Positions 63,171 through 64,000 of a stretch of 64,000 nt of DNA are shown here, piece after piece (within the stretch, counting starts at the first letter, position 1; each line of letters begins with the position of its first letter). The stretch comes from Hydrolagus colliei. Lineage: Eukaryota. Location of the stretch: the NCBI GenBank assembly GCA_035084275.1, contig CM068745.1, forward strand, positions 84,506,001 to 84,570,000. Direction: 5' to 3'. The notes below the pieces were generated by a model. The model ran no database searches, had not been told where the DNA came from, and worked only from the letters and a program-made list of their open reading frames with translations. The position numbers and the translations under genes are program-made.

Positions 63171-63870
63171 GATATATGATTCCACATCTAGAACACGTGC
63201 CTGCCAGATTGATAGTTGATTCACATCATACAAACAATATGGGAATTTCTACAACGTCTTGTTGAGAAGATACTCTTATAATCAAACCATACAAATAAAA
63301 ATATTTATGCAACACCAACATAAACTACCCTGGACACTAAAGCCAGTTTTAATGAAACGTACATATTGTCCTTTCTCCAAGAAGAATTTCCTGATACTCT
63401 AACAATAATCCTTGCATTTGATATACCATCTTGTCACATCATCAAAACGAGTTTTCTGTAAAGGGCACTGACTATATTTGTTGGCAAATGTGATGGATAA
63501 TTTGCACACAGCAATGTCCCAGAAATAGAACTCAAAGTGTATTATCAATATTTCGTCTGGGGAATTGTTGGCCAGGACCTTGGAAGACACTCCCTTCTTT
63601 CTTCAAGGGATCTTCAACATCTACCTGAATGGCTAGATGTCATTCAGACGTTGATGACAATATAATATGATGGCGTAATATAAAAAGCAAGGCTTATTAT
63701 TATTATTATTGACTTTCAACTTCTAGATGAAAATGGCACGAACTAAGCCAGCCTGAATTGTGGAACGCATGTTCTCCGTTGTTAAATTCCAAAATACCTC
63801 GTGAATCAACATTCTATCACTCAATTGTTGGTAACAAACAAACAAACACACACCCACCCACCCACCCCCC

Positions 63871-63873
<3 letters not shown>

Positions 63874-63906
<33 letters not shown>

Positions 63907-63950
63907 TTTATAGAGCGCCTTTCATGTCGGGAGTACCTCCCACGGCACTG
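63874..63950. repeat. (CA)n microsatellite fused to an L2 tail (-)
   Basis: (ca)n then atttatagagcgcctttcatgtcgggag. Confidence 0.8.
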
Positions 63951-64000
63951 GTAAATGACCAAATAGTGAGAATAGAGGCATTTCCACAACCATGGAGTAA

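Overview
Vertebrate genomic DNA, most likely a cartilaginous fish (inferred from the L2/CR1/Deu-type SINE content and protein divergence). Two genes converge tail-to-tail. On + are coding exons 2-8 of CD247 (TCR CD3-zeta; 3199-13284; Cys/Asp TM motif, three ITAMs; signal-peptide exon 1 not found). On - are 13 coding exons of POU2F1/Oct-1 (62180-34644; 702 codons plus stop, phases consistent, intact POU-specific and homeodomain; 5' exons lie beyond the window). Introns carry many copies of a tRNA-derived SINE, two L2 families, CR1 3' ends, DeuSINE-like remnants, a hAT-type MITE and a 16-bp G-rich minisatellite. About 16 kb downstream of the POU2F1 stop (18.5-34.6 kb) has no recognisable retroelement and looks like a very long 3' UTR. 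On the CD247 strand it contains a sequence resembling the start of the mammalian CD3-eta exon; on the POU2F1 strand it contains an acceptor resembling the one used for short-tailed Oct-1 isoforms. No CRISPR, rRNA or true tRNA genes. Cross-species comparisons are from memory and need alignment; repeat boundaries are approximate.
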